Positions 1 through 11,829 of a DNA stretch of 54,264 nt are shown piece by piece. The stretch covers positions 1,269,382 to 1,323,645 of the forward strand of contig NC_057719.1 of NCBI RefSeq assembly GCF_004010195.1, read 5' to 3'. The notes beneath the pieces were generated by a model. It did no database searches. It saw only the letters and a program-made list of their open reading frames with translations, and was not told where the DNA came from. Numbering within the stretch: position 1 is the stretch's first letter; each line of letters opens with the position of its first letter. Source of the stretch: Chiloscyllium plagiosum. Lineage: Eukaryota. The position numbers were made by a program, and so were the translations under genes.

Positions 1-423
1 TCACACACACTGTACCCCATACAATCTCCCCATCCTCACACACACTGTACCCCATACAATCTCCCCATCCTCACACACACTGTACCCCATACAATCTCCC
101 CACCCTCACACATGCTGTACCCCATACAATCACCCCACCTTCACACACACTGTATCCCATACAATCTCCCCATCTTACACACACTGTACCCCATACAATC
201 TCCCCACCCTCACACACACTGTACCCCATACAATCTCCCCACCCTCACACACACTGTACCCCATACAATCTCCCCACGTTCACACACACTGTACCCCATA
301 CAATCTCCCCACGTTCACACACACTGTACCCCATACAATCTCCACCTTCACACACACTGTACCCCATACAATCTCCCCATCCTCACACACACTGTACCCC
401 ATACAATTTCCCCACCTTCATAC
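1..423. repeat. 35-bp minisatellite (TCACACACACTGTACCCCATACAATCTCCCCAYCC)n, truncated by the window start
   Basis: Unit repeats at 1, 36, 71 and onward; about 12 copies with small indels. Confidence 0.95.
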
Positions 424-639
424 AAAGATGTTTTCTGCACAGCAGGTATTGTACCTGATGTCCAAATGCTTATGTTCTCCTTCAGTATATGGGGACATGA
501 ATAGGAAGGGTTTAGAGGGAGATAGGCCAAGTGCTGGCAAATGGGACTAGGTTAGTTTAGAATATCTGGTTGGCATGGATGAGTTGGACTGATGGGTCTG
601 TTTTCGTGTTGTATGACTCAATGACTCTATAACTAGACC

Positions 640-1610
640 TGATAGTGAAAGATCCATAATTATTTACAATTTATATTAACGATGAGGGAAGTGAATGTTC
701 TATAGCATGGTTTATGGATGACACAAAAATAGGTGAAAAAGCTAGTGGTGAGGATGACATAAAGAGTCTGCAGAGGCAGGTTAAGCGAATGGGCGAGTAC
801 TTAGCAGATGAATATAATGTGGGGAAATGTGAGGTTTTGCATTTTGGCAGGAAAAACAGAGGGGCTGCATATTATTGAAATGGACAAAGATTGCAAAAAC
901 TACAAAACAGGGGATTTTGGGATTCCATGATATACAAACAGCTAGCATCCAAGTTCAGTGGTTAATAGGGAAGGTGATTGTAACGTTTGCCTGTATTTCG
1001 ATTAAAATCTAATATAAAATATAGGATGGTTTTGCTAAATGTTTAAAGGCAATAGTCTGATCCCAGTTGGAATACTATGAACAGCTTTGGGCCCCTTATC
1101 TAAGGAAAGATAGATTGGAACTGGAGATAGTCCAGCGAAGGGCCACGCGGTTGATCTCGGGGATGGAGGGACTGTCCGATGAGGAGAGGTTGAGTAGGTT
1201 GGGCCTGTACTCATGGGAGTTTAAAAGAATGCGAGGCAATCTTATTGAAATATACACGGTTCTTAGGGGATTTGACGGGGTGGATGTGGAAAGATTGTTT
1301 CACCTTGTGTGGGAAGGTCAAGGACCAAAGTGTACAGTCTCAGAGTAAGGAGTTACAAATTTCAGACAGAGGAATTTCTTCTCTCAGAGGGGAATGAATC
1401 TGTGGAATGCTTTTCCACAGAGGGCTGTTGGGGCTGGGTCATTCAGTTTGTCAAGGCTGAGATGGACAGATTTGTAATTAGGAGAGGAATCGAGGGAAAG
1501 AAACAGGAAAGTGAAGTTGAGGATCATCAGATCAGCCATGATCACTTTGAATGATGGAGCAGACTCGATGGGCTGAATGGCCTGTTTTGGCTCCTATGTC
1601 TTATGGTTAG
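640..1610 (+). mobile_element. Decayed CR1 LINE 3' portion (RT C-terminus plus 3' UTR)
   Basis: Peptide EYYEQLWAPYLRKDRLELEIVQRRATRLISGMEGLS.EERLSRLGLYS is CR1-like; tail GATGGGCTGAATGGCCT...CTATGTCTTATG. Confidence 0.9.
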
Positions 1611-1640
1611 ATGGAGAGCTACAACTGGCATTTATTATTT

Positions 1641-1838
1641 GCGTGGGTTTCCTCCGGGTGCTCCGGTTTCCTCCCACAGTCCAAAGATATGCAGGCCAGG
1701 TGAATTGGCCACGCTAAATTGCCCATAGTGTTAGGTGCATTAGTCAGAGGGAAATGGATCTGGGTGGGTTACTCTTCAGAGGGTCAGTGTAGACTGGTTG
1801 GGCCAAAGGGCCTGTTTCCACACTGTGGAATCTAATCT
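1641..1838 (+). mobile_element. 5'-truncated HE1-type (V-domain) SINE
   Basis: V-core GCGTGGGTTTCCTCCGGGTGCTCCGGTTTCCTCCCACAGTCCAAAGA; CR1-like tail GGGCCTGTTTCCACACTG and TCTAA repeats. Confidence 0.9.
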
Positions 1839-2011
1839 TATCTAATTATTGATTATTAATATAGACAAATATTGCATTCACCAGCACATCTGCGTCTAGG
1901 CTAACATTGGTTAAAATCAGCACATCATGCTTCAAGCATCCCGAGTTAAGTTGGAGTCTGCAATCTTTTTACCATCAAGTAATGTGGTTCTATTATGATA
2001 TTATAAGCATT

Positions 2012-2082
2012 TCTCTTAAAGGCACACTCAAATGCTTTGTCTCTTAAAGGCACACTCAAATGCTTTGTCTCTTAAAGGCACA
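2012..2082. repeat. 28-bp tandem duplication, 2.5 copies
   Basis: TCTCTTAAAGGCACACTCAAATGCTTTG at 2012 and 2040, partial copy at 2068. Confidence 0.95.
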
Positions 2083-2280
2083 ATGACATGCTGACCATGA
2101 GACACAACATAGCATCCTTCTTTTCCCAAAGATTAAAAGTCCCAATAGATATACATGGTTGTACTAGTGTGACGTAAGGTTGTGATTTATATATTTTGAC
2201 ATATATTTATTTTAGGTTTTGGATGTTGAATTAGTGGCATGTGGGTTTTGCTCTGTGCACATGTAAAGATTTAATAATTA

Positions 2281-3905
2281 ACGAGGTGGGGGTAAAAGAG
2301 GGGAAGGTGTGGCATTGCTTGTCAAAGATAGTATTACAGTGGTGGAAAGGACGATGGATGAGGACTTGCCATCTGAGGTAGTTTGGGCTGAGGTTAGGAA
2401 TAGGAAAGGTGAGGTCACCCTGTTAGGAGTCTTTTACAGGCCTCCCAATAGTCCTAGAAACGTAGAAGAAAGGATAGGGAAGGTGATTCAGGAGATGAGT
2501 GACAGTAATAGGGTGGTTGTTATGGGGGACTTTAACTTTCCTGATATTGATTGGGAAAGCTATAGCTCAAGTTCGTTAGATGGGACAGTGTTTGTTCAAT
2601 GTGTGCAGGAGAGTTTCCTGACACAATATGTAGACAGGCCAACAAGAGGTGAGGCCATACTGGATTTGGTTCTGGGTAACGAACCAGGCCAGGTGTTAGA
2701 ATTAGAGATAGGTGAGCACTTTGGGGATAGTGACCATAATTCGGTGATTTTTACTCTCGTGATGGAGAGGGATAAGTGTGTACTACAGGGCAAGAGTTAT
2801 AGCTGGGGACAGGGAAATTATGATGCAGTGAGGCATGACTTAGGATGTGTGGCTTGAAAAAGTAGGCTCCAAGGCAAGAGTGTAAATGATATGTGGAACT
2901 TGTCCAAGGGGCAACTATTGAGTGTCCTTGATAATTATGTACCTGTCAGGCAGGAAGGAAAGGGTCGTGCGAGGGAGCCGTGGTTTAATAAGGAATTGGA
3001 ATCCCTTGTTAAATGGAAGAGGGCGGCCTACCTCAAGATGAGACGTGAAGGTTCAATTAGGGCGATTGAGAGTTATAGGGTAGCCAGGAAGGACCTGAAG
3101 AGAGAGCTAAAAGCAGAAAGGAGGGGACATGAAAGGTCCTTAGTCGGTAGGATTAGGGAAAACCCTAAGGCTTTCTATAGGTATGTCAGGAATAAAAGAA
3201 TGACTAGGGTAGGAATAGGTCCAGTCAAGGATAGTAGGGGGAAGTTGCGTGTGGAGGCGGAAGAGATTGGAGAGACACTGAATGAATACTTTTCTTCAGT
3301 ATTCACTCAGGAACAGGGCATTGTTGTCGATGAGAATACTGAGGAACAAATAAGTAGAATGGATGGCTTTGAGGTATGTAGAGAAGAGGTGTTGGAAATC
3401 CTGGAAAAGGTGAAAATAGATAAGTCCCCTGGGCCTGATGGCATTTATCCTAGGATTCTCTGGGAAGCAAGGGAGGAGATTGCAGAGCCATTGGCCTTGA
3501 TTTTTATGTCCTCTTTGTCGACAGGAGTAGTGCCAGAAGACTGGAGGATAGCAAATGTGGTTCCCTTGTTCAAAAAGGGGAGTAGGGATAGCCCTAGTAA
3601 CTATAGGCCGGTGAGTCTCACTTCCGTTGTGGGCAAAGTCTTAGAGAGAATTGTAAGGGATAGGATTTATGCACATCTAGATAGGAATAATGTGATCAAG
3701 GATAGTCAGCATGGTTTTGTGAAGGGCAAGTCGTGCCTCACAAACCTTATTGAATTCTTTGAAAAGGTGACGAAGGAGGTTGATGAGGGGAAAGCGGTAG
3801 ATGTGGTATATATGGATTTTAGTAAGGCGTTTGATAAGGTTCCCCATGGTAGGCTACTGCAGAAAATACGGAGATATGGCATAGAGGGTGAGTTGGAGGT
3901 TTGGA
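2281..3905 (+). mobile_element. Young CR1/HER1 LINE ORF2 (APE endonuclease plus RT N-terminal half), one in-frame stop, runs into a gap
   Basis: APE motifs GVFYRPPN, MGDFNFPDIDW, PTRGEAILDLVL, SDHN; RT motifs KSPGPDGIYP, NYRPVSLTS, QHGFVKGKSCLTNL, YMDFSKAFDKVPH; TGA at 2855. Confidence 0.97.
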
Positions 3906-4338
3906 NNNNNNNNNNNNNNNNNNNNNNNNNNNNNNNNNNNNNNNNNNNNNNNNNNNNNNNNNNNNNNNNNNNNNNNNNNNNNNNNNNNNNNNNNNNNNNN
4001 NNNNNNNNNNNNNNNNNNNNNNNNNNNNNNNNNNNNNNNNNNNNNNNNNNNNNNNNNNNNNNNNNNNNNNNNNNNNNNNNNNNNNNNNNNNNNNNNNNNN
4101 NNNNNNNNNNNNNNNNNNNNNNNNNNNNNNNNNNNNNNNNNNNNNNNNNNNNNNNNNNNNNNNNNNNNNNNNNNNNNNNNNNNNNNNNNNNNNNNNNNNN
4201 NNNNNNNNNNNNNNNNNNNNNNNNNNNNNNNNNNNNNNNNNNNNNNNNNNNNNNNNNNNNNNNNNNNNNNNNNNNNNNNNNNNNNNNNNNNNNNNNNNNN
4301 NNNNNNNNNNNNNNNNNNNNNNNNNNNNNNNNNNNNNN
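3906..4338. other. Assembly gap (433 N)
   Basis: Run of N. Confidence 1.
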
Positions 4339-4407
4339 TCTTCAGAAGCAGAATAACATTTTGAACAATCTCTCAATTTTTCCTTTTGTCATGAGTTACA
4401 ATAATAT

Positions 4408-5511
4408 ATGGTAGGCTACTGCAGAAAATACGGAGATATGGCATTGGGGGTGGGTTGGAGGTTTGGATTAGGAATTGGCTGGATGGAAGAAGACAGAGGG
4501 TAGTAGTTGATGGCAAAGTTTCTTCATGGAGTGCCGTTACTAGCGGTGTTCCGCAAGGATCTGTTTTGGGACCATTGCTGTTTGTCATTTTTATAAATGA
4601 CCTGGAAGAGGGGTTAGAAGGTTGGGTGAGCAAGTTTGCGGATGATACGAAAGTCGGAGGAGTTGTTGACAGTGAGGAAGGATGTGGCAGGTTACAGCAG
4701 GATATAGAGAAGCTGCAGAGCTGGGCAGAAAGGTGGCAAATGGAATTCAATGTAGCTAAGTGTGAGGTGATTCACTTTGGGAAGAATAACAAAAAGATGG
4801 GGTACTGGGTTAATGGTCGGATACTTGGTAGTGTGGATGAGCAGAGGGATCTTGGTGTCCATGTACACAGATCTCTGAAAGTTGCCACCCAGGTAAATAG
4901 TGCGGTGAGGAAGGCATATGGCGTACTGGCTTTTATTGGTAGAGGAATTGAGTTCCGGAGTCCTGAGGTCATGATGCAGTTGTATAAGACTCTGGTGCGG
5001 CCGCATCTGGAATATTGTGTGCAGTTTTGGTCGCCATACTATAGGAAGGATGTGGAGGCACTGGAACGGGTGCAGAGGAGGTTTACCAGGATGTTGCCTG
5101 GTATGGAAGGAAGATCGTATGAGGATAGACTGAGACACTTGGGGCTGTTTTCATTAGAGTAAAGAAGGTTTAGGGGTGACTTGATGATTAGGGGTTTAGA
5201 TAGGGTTGACCGTGAGAACCTTTTTCCACGTATGGAGTCAGCTATTACGAGGGGGCATAGCTTTAAATTAAGGGGGGGTAGATATATGTCTGAAGTTAGG
5301 GGTAGGTTCTTCACTCAGCGAGTCGTAAGTTCATGGAATGCCCTGCCAGTAGCAGTGGTGGACTCTCCCTCTTTATGGGCATTTAAGCGGGCATTGGATA
5401 GGTATATGGAGGATAGTGGGTTAGTATAGGTTAGGTGGGCTTGGATCGGCGCAACATCGAGGGCCAAAGGGCCTGTACTGCGCTGTATTCTTCTATGTTC
5501 TATGTTCTATG
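4408..5511 (+). mobile_element. Young 5'-truncated CR1/HER1 LINE (RT C-terminal half plus 3' UTR with (TTCTATG)n tail)
   Basis: [37 protein letters not shown]; tail TTCTATGTTCTATGTTCTATG ends at 5511. Confidence 0.97.
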
Positions 5512-5708
5512 TGTCAGTATTTCTGGGACAATGAAGTTAAACCAGCCGGTATCAGGCAGCAGCTCAGCAGGGTCCTCCTGAAGTGAAAATGTGAATTTGT
5601 TTCCGTTATGAAAGCTTTAAAATAGAGAGGCAGAACTGATTTTTGCTTAGGAGGGAAGCATAGATTGGGAAGTTTCTGGCAGTTCCAGAGTTGGCCAGTG
5701 TCAGTTGT

Positions 5709-5837
5709 GGAGAAAGTGAGGTCTGCAGATGCTGGAGATCAGAGCTGAAAATGTGTTGCTGGAAAAGCGCAGCAGGTCAGGCAGCATCCAAGGAACAGGA
5801 GAATCGACGTTTCGGGCATAAGCCCTTCTTCAGGAAT
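5709..5837 (-). mobile_element. Penelope-like terminal-repeat insertion with 14-bp TSD
   Basis: Flanks CCAGTGTCAGTTGT (5695-5708) and CCAGTGTCTGTTGT (5838-5851); body repeated at 9536, 21930, 43378. Confidence 0.8.
5801..5837 (-). ncRNA. Minimal type-I hammerhead ribozyme motif (PLE-borne)
   Basis: Minus strand ATTC-CTGAAGA-A-GGGC TTAT GCCC-GAAA-C-GTC-GATT fits CUGANGA, stem II, GAAA, NUH. Confidence 0.75.
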
Positions 5838-6195
5838 CCAGTGTCTGTTGTTAGAACTGTTTCATCTGGAGGAAGGAGCTAGTCCAGAGCAGAAATAGGT
5901 TAGGCTTTAGGTTAAGAATTTTAGTTTAAAAATTTCAGACCAGAAGTGTTTGTTTAGAAACCTGAGGTGGTTATTTGAAGCTAAGAAAGTTAAAGCTCAG
6001 TTGTAAGCATAATCAAGGTGAAAATTATCTAACTGTCAAAACTAGGAACTAAAAGAATATTTAAATGAAGTCTGCAGATATGTTAGAGAAAGTAACAGGC
6101 TCTGATGTCTGAGTTATAGAGTCATAGAGATGTATAGCACAGGAACAAACCCTTTAGTCCAACTCGTCCTTGCTGACCAGATATCCCAACCTAAT

Positions 6196-6329
6196 TGCTT
6201 CACAAGAGACCCACTGAAGATGTTACCTAGTAAGGTAATGAAATGTCTGGAAATGAACCTCCAAGCTCAGCAGCAAACCTACATCCAAAACCTCAACCTG
6301 AGCTACAAATCTTCTCAAAACTCGCTAAA
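6196..6329 (+). mobile_element. Penelope-like terminal-repeat fragment (different family) with a hammerhead motif at 6211-6250
   Basis: CCA-CTGAAGA-T-GTTACC TAGTAA GGTAAT-GAAA-T-GTC-TGG; stem I CCA/TGG pairs; imperfect ACCTAAT duplication on both sides inside the CR1 tail. Confidence 0.7.
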
Positions 6330-6897
6330 ATCCTCACCTAATCTAGTCCCATTTTCCAGCACTTGGCACCTATCCCTCCAAACCCTTCCTAATCATATCC
6401 CCATCCAGATGTCTTTTAAATGCTGTAATTGTACCAGCCTCCACCACTTCCTCTGGCAGCTCATTCCATACATGTATCACCCTCTGCATGAAAAAGCTGC
6501 CTCTTATGTCCTTTTTTAAATCTTGCCCCACTAACCTTAAACCTATGTCCTTTAGAGTTGGACTCCCCCACCCCAGGGAAAAGACCTTGTTTATTTACCC
6601 TATCCATGCCCCTCATGATTTTATAAACCTCTATAAGGTCACTGCTCAGCCTCCGACGCTCCAGGGAAAACAGCCCCAGCCTGTTCAGCCTCTCCCTGTA
6701 CCTCAAATCCTCCAACCCTGGCAACATCCTTATAAATCTTTTCTGAACCCTTTCAAGTTTCACAACATCTTTCCAAAGCAAGGACATCAGAATTGCACAC
6801 ATTATTTCAAATGTGGCCTAACCAATGTCCTATACAACTGCAACATGACCTCCCAACTCCTGTACTCAATACTCTGACCATTAAAGGAAAGTGTACC

Positions 6898-7634
6898 TGG
6901 TGGAGAATTGAACCCCATTGAACAGAGACCGCACAATCGGGTGGAATTGACAAGCTGTTCATTACAAGCGATATCGCTGGAAGAGAAATTGACTAGGCTG
7001 ACACAGACCTGACCGTCTGTACAGATAGATCAAGGGTTCTCTTCCCTGAGCTGAGAATCAAGCCAGTTTTTATAGGAATACTGTACAAAGATGCTAATTA
7101 AAAATAGAGAAAATACAATGGTCTTGATAGTCATGTAATCCAGTTACCATGGTGATAATCGCAGAGCAGTTATCAGAAGAATGTCCTGACTGAGGATACA
7201 ACGTAGCTTCCTGGCAGCTTCAATCAGTTCTTAATGGGATCAGGAAATTCCAGCTCTCTTCGAGGGTAGGTGAGGATGTCCCTTTCCTTGGCAGTAAGGT
7301 GTTTCCATTGTTTCTCTCCTGTGAGTGTGGTATTCTGGTGCCTCTCTGTCTGACCTGTCCTTTGTGTGGCTTTGGTATCACTGGGGTACGAGACTGCCCT
7401 CAGGGCTTTGGGACAGCTGTGTTGATCAGGTCCAGGAAGCATATCATCAGTTTGTCTTGGGAAGTGTATTCCCTGGTCTGCGAGTGACTGTGGCCATGTC
7501 TGGTTTCCCTTGTCAGCCTGTTTGGTCAATGCTGAGGCATTCTGGGTGTTTCTTGTATGGTTTGGACAGGCTTGATTTTCTGTGTTTTGTGTGGCCATGC
7601 TGTGGGTAGGCAGGGTGGCAGATCTTATCCCACA
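6898..7634 (-). mobile_element. Solo LTR (737 bp, ERV or LTR-retrotransposon type) inserted in CR1
   Basis: TG...CA termini; perfect 5-bp TSD GTACC (6893-6897 and 7635-7639); CR1 resumes after it; minus-strand TATAAAAA near 7066-7074. Confidence 0.85.
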
Positions 7635-8909
7635 GTACCAAACCTTCTTCACTATCCTATCGACCTGCAACTCCACTTTTAATGAGCTATGAACCTGCAC
7701 TCCAAGGTCTCCGTGTTCAGCAACACTCCTCAGGACCTTACCATTAAGTGCATAAGTCCTGCCCTGATATGCCTTTCCAAAATGCAACACCTCGCATTTA
7801 TCTAAATTAAACTCCAATTTTCACTGCTCAGCCCATTGGCCCGTCTGGTCCAGATCCTGTTGTAATTTGAGGAAACCCTCTTTGCTGTCCACTACACCTG
7901 CAATTTTGGTGTCATCTGCAAACTTACTAACTGTGCCTCTTATGCTCGCATCCAAATCATTTATGTAAATTACAAAAAGTAGAGGGCCCAGCACCGATCC
8001 TTGTGGCACTGCACTGGTCACAGGTCTCCAGTCTGAAACACAACCCTCCACCAACACCCTCTGTCTTCCACATTTGAGCCAGTTCTGTATCCAAATGGTG
8101 AGTTTTCCCTGTATTCCATGAGATCGAACCTTGCTGACCTTCTGTAAAATGATCATCTTGGGATAGATGGGATTTAGTTTTGCAGAGTATTTTTAAATTT
8201 TCAAATGATATTATATGTAGATTGCTTGTTTTGTCTATTTTATTTTCATTACTTTTGTGTAGTACATTTCGTGTAGTTTCATTGTTAAAGCCAAATCTGC
8301 AGTATTGCATGTTTGCCTTCCAGTAAAAGATCGTCTTGTTAAATTAAAAATAAACATAATATGATCTATCAAGCCAGATTTCAGTCTGGGATCTGACATG
8401 TCCAGTGGTAACGTCAGCTGGGTCCATATGAATGGGAAACCTCGTCAATTCGATAATTCTACAAACAGACAGAGTTAACAAGATGAATAATTCAGTCTTT
8501 GATCTAACAGTCAGGCGGTTTAGTGTCTGGTCCTGATCTGGTGATATACCTGCCTAGAGAGGTACACGTTGTTCTCGGATGTGTGTGTCTGACAACTTGG
8601 ATATCTCACTGCTGGTTTCTGTCACTCAACATCACCACGCAGTCATTATCGACACAGTGTTCTTCCTCACTGTCTCCGTGAACGATTGATGTGTCCCACA
8701 TTGTTCTGAGCTAGATCTGTTCCCTCACAGTGCAGCTCCGTGATCAGTAATCACTTTGTAGGATCAGCCTGGCTGTATAATCTAGAAACCTCAGCTGCTT
8801 TCAAATGTTTATATTTGCATTTCTAACGTGTAGTCTGAGTTCAGTATGCAGCTGTAGGTGTTCTCCATCTGCTCATGCCTCTTAGCTATTGTTAGATCTG
8901 TCCTACCTG

Positions 8910-9645
8910 ACCAGTGGCGAGTATTCCATCACACGCCTGACTTGTGCCTTGTTGATGGTGGACAGGCTTTGGGGAGTCTGGAGGTGAGTTACTCACTGCA
9001 GGATTTCCAGCCTCTGACCTGCTCTTGTAGCCACAGTGTTTATGTGGTGAGTCCAGTTGAGTTTCTGATCAATGGTAAACCCCAGGATGTTGAAAGTGGG
9101 GACTTCAGCGAATTGTAATACCATTGATTAGATTGTCTCTCATTGGAGATGGACATTGCCTGGCATTTGTGTGATGTGAATGCTACTTGCCACTTGTCAG
9201 CCCAAGCCTGGATATTGTTAGGAACTTGTTACATTTGAACATGGACTGCTTCAGTATCTGAGGAGTTGGTGAATGGTGCTGAACATTGTACAATCATCAG
9301 CGAACATCCCCACTTCTGACCTGATGATGGAGGGAAGGTCATTAATGAAGCAGCTGAAGATGGTTGGGCCTAAGACACTCCCCTGAGGAACTCCTGCAGA
9401 GATGTCCTGGAGCTGAGATGACTGACCTCCAACAACCACAACCATCTTCTTATGTGCCAGGTATGACTCTGAGGAGAGAGGGACTCGGTTCCGTAGGCAG
9501 GTGCTGAGGAAGGAGATGTGGCTGTGGTACGGTTCATTCCTGAAGAAGGGCTCATGCCCGAAACGTCGATTCTTCTGCTCCTTGGATGCTGCCTGACCTG
9601 CTGCGCTTTTCCAGCACCACATTTTCAGGTATGACTCTGACCAGA
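8910..9645 (-). mobile_element. Fragment of a second CR1/L2-group LINE family (RT)
   Basis: Minus-strand [43 protein letters not shown]. Confidence 0.9.
9473..9626 (+). mobile_element. Penelope-like insertion: inverted ORF-start fragment plus terminal repeat with hammerhead (9536-9571), about 14-bp TSD
   Basis: AGGTATGACTCTGA on both sides; ATTC-CTGAAGA-A-GGGC TCAT GCCC-GAAACGTC-GATT; minus-strand YHSHISFLSTCLRN resembles a PLE ORF N-terminus. Confidence 0.8.
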
Positions 9646-9970
9646 TTTCCAAGAATCCGGTCATGAGCTTCCATCAGACTAGTCCATGATTATAGGCAAG
9701 GTAATACAGACGTCTGACCAGGAAATTCTCCCGCTGTCAGGTCCTGTTGTCAGGCAGATTGGAAAGATTCACAAGCTGATGATCTCGTTGTTTGGCTGCA
9801 TTACAAACACAGTTTCTATGGTCGATTTGCCATGGCATAGGACTTACACACAGAGCTTTGGCCCAGTTGGAGGGACATAATCCATTGTATCATAAGACCT
9901 TCCATACAAACACTGGGTTACCACAGACCAATCAAGTTAAAAATAATATCTTTGCACTGAAGGGTATTTA

Positions 9971-10290
9971 GGCACAGTGGCTCAGTAGCTAGCACTGCTG
10001 ATCACAGCACCAGGGACCTGGGTTCAATTCCAGCCTCGGGTGACTGTCTGCGTGGAGTTTGCACATTCTCCCCCGTGTCTGCATGGGTTTCCTCCGGGTG
10101 CTCCGGTTTACTCCCATAATCCAAAGATGTGCAGGTTAGGGAGATCGGCCAATGGGAAATTGTCCATAGTGTTCAGGGCTGTGTGGGTTAGGTGCATTAG
10201 TTAGGGGAATGGGTCTAGCTGGGTTACTCTTTGTAGGGTCAGCGTGGACTTGTTGGACTGAATGGCCTGTTTCCACACTGTAGGGATTCT
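9971..10290 (+). mobile_element. HE1-type tRNA-derived SINE
   Basis: A-box GTGGCTCAGTAGCTAG, B-box GGTTCAATTCC, V-core and CR1-derived tail. Confidence 0.93.
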
Positions 10291-10477
10291 GTGAAAAAAA
10301 AACGCATTAACAGAATGTCTCTGAGGTTGAAAATCTTCATCCATAACTTTTCTTCAGCTCGATTGTCTCATTCAGCGAATATTCTTTGCTAAAACCTAAC
10401 GAAGAGAAACTTTCCTTTATTAACAATCTCATATTAAAGGGTCTGGGTTTAAGAATACAAACATGATGAAGTTTAAT

Positions 10478-11000
10478 AGGTCTCCCTGCTTTAGGAAGGA
10501 TGTTGTGAAACTTGAAAGGGTTCAGAAAAGATTTACAAGGATGTTGCCAGGGTTGGAGGATCTGAGCTACAGGGAGAGGCTGAACAGGCTGGGGCTGTTT
10601 TCCCTGGAGCGTTGGAGACTGAGGGGTGACCTTATAGAGGTTTATAAAATTATGAGGGGCATTGATAGGATGAATAGACAAACTCTTTTTCCTAAGGTAG
10701 GGGAGTCCAAAGCTAGAATGTTTGGTTTAGGGTGAGAGGGGAAAGATATAAAAGGGACCTAAGGGGCAACTTTTTCACACAGAGGGTGGTACGTGTGTGG
10801 AATGAGCTGCTAGAGGAAGTGAGGAAGTGGTGGAGGCTGGTACAATTACAGCATTTAAAAGGCATCTGGATGGGTATATGAATAGGAAGGGTTTGGAGGG
10901 TTATGGGCCAAGTGCTGGCAAATGGGATTAGATTAGGTTCGGATACCTGGTCCATATGGACAAGTTGGACCGAAGGGTCTGTTTCCTCCTCTATGATTCT
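10478..11000 (+). mobile_element. CR1 3' fragment
   Basis: RKDVVKLERVQKRFTRMLPGLEDLSYRERLNRLGLFSLE and 3' UTR. Confidence 0.93.
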
Positions 11001-11829
11001 AAAATCGCATTGATTGCAGTGAAATTAATTTCCTCTCAATCACCAGATCAAAGTATTTGAGTGAAATGTTCCACTGATAATACTCCTCTAGGACCCCTTG
11101 GAATGGTTAACTGCATTAAAGAGGCTACATAAATGCAAGTTGTTGCTGAATGATTCACTCCTGTCTGGTAAGTTTCGATCTACGTTTCTCTCAGAGCTAG
11201 AGCTCCTGTTTGTTACAGTACAAAGTGGGGCGATAGGAATGAATCATTCCTGTCTGAGACAGGACAGCAGTTTGAAAAGCCCACGAGGGAACACTGGGCA
11301 TTTCCTGAGCAATTAAACCCATTCTTGCGTGACATTCCAACTGCACAGAGTGGGTGAACAATGCTCTGAGCTCAGGCCCTCTCTCCAGGGCGAGGCTGGG
11401 GTCTGCTTTGTTTGAGATGCTGGAAGGTGCGGTTTGGTTTGTCCCTGCTGCTTACGTAGGGCTGATGGTTTGAGGAATGTCCATCTGTCAGTGTGGGGAA
11501 CACCAGATGGAGGCTGTGGCTCCATAAACCCAACATAGACAGGATTCCGATAGTCAGTGGGCTTGGGGAACATCACTGCACGCCTCCTGCATGCTGCCCT
11601 TCTGCTCTCTCCTTCATGGGCTGGCTCTGAGGGATATCCATGATATTAAATCTTGTGATTGTAATTATTAACTATAGAACATCGACCCTACAAACTCTGT
11701 TTAACTGGGAGTCTGTTATTCATTCCCAGTCTCTTTTCAACTAATCCCAAAAGCATTGTTAACTGTGTTTGGGAAAGGAGTACAGACACATTACAGCACT
11801 GCCAAATGTTATTAGGTTCAATAAATTCA

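Larger units (their letters stand above)
6110..8138 (-). mobile_element. CR1 LINE 3' portion, interrupted by a PLE fragment and a solo LTR
   Basis: Minus-strand peptides [48 protein letters not shown]; (CTATGACT)-type tail near 6115. Confidence 0.93.

Noticed and set aside
10337..11690. Possible minus-strand exons (donor at ~11455, acceptor at ~10397)
   Set aside because: Peptides unrecognisable, upstream in-frame stop, and no consistent gene model.
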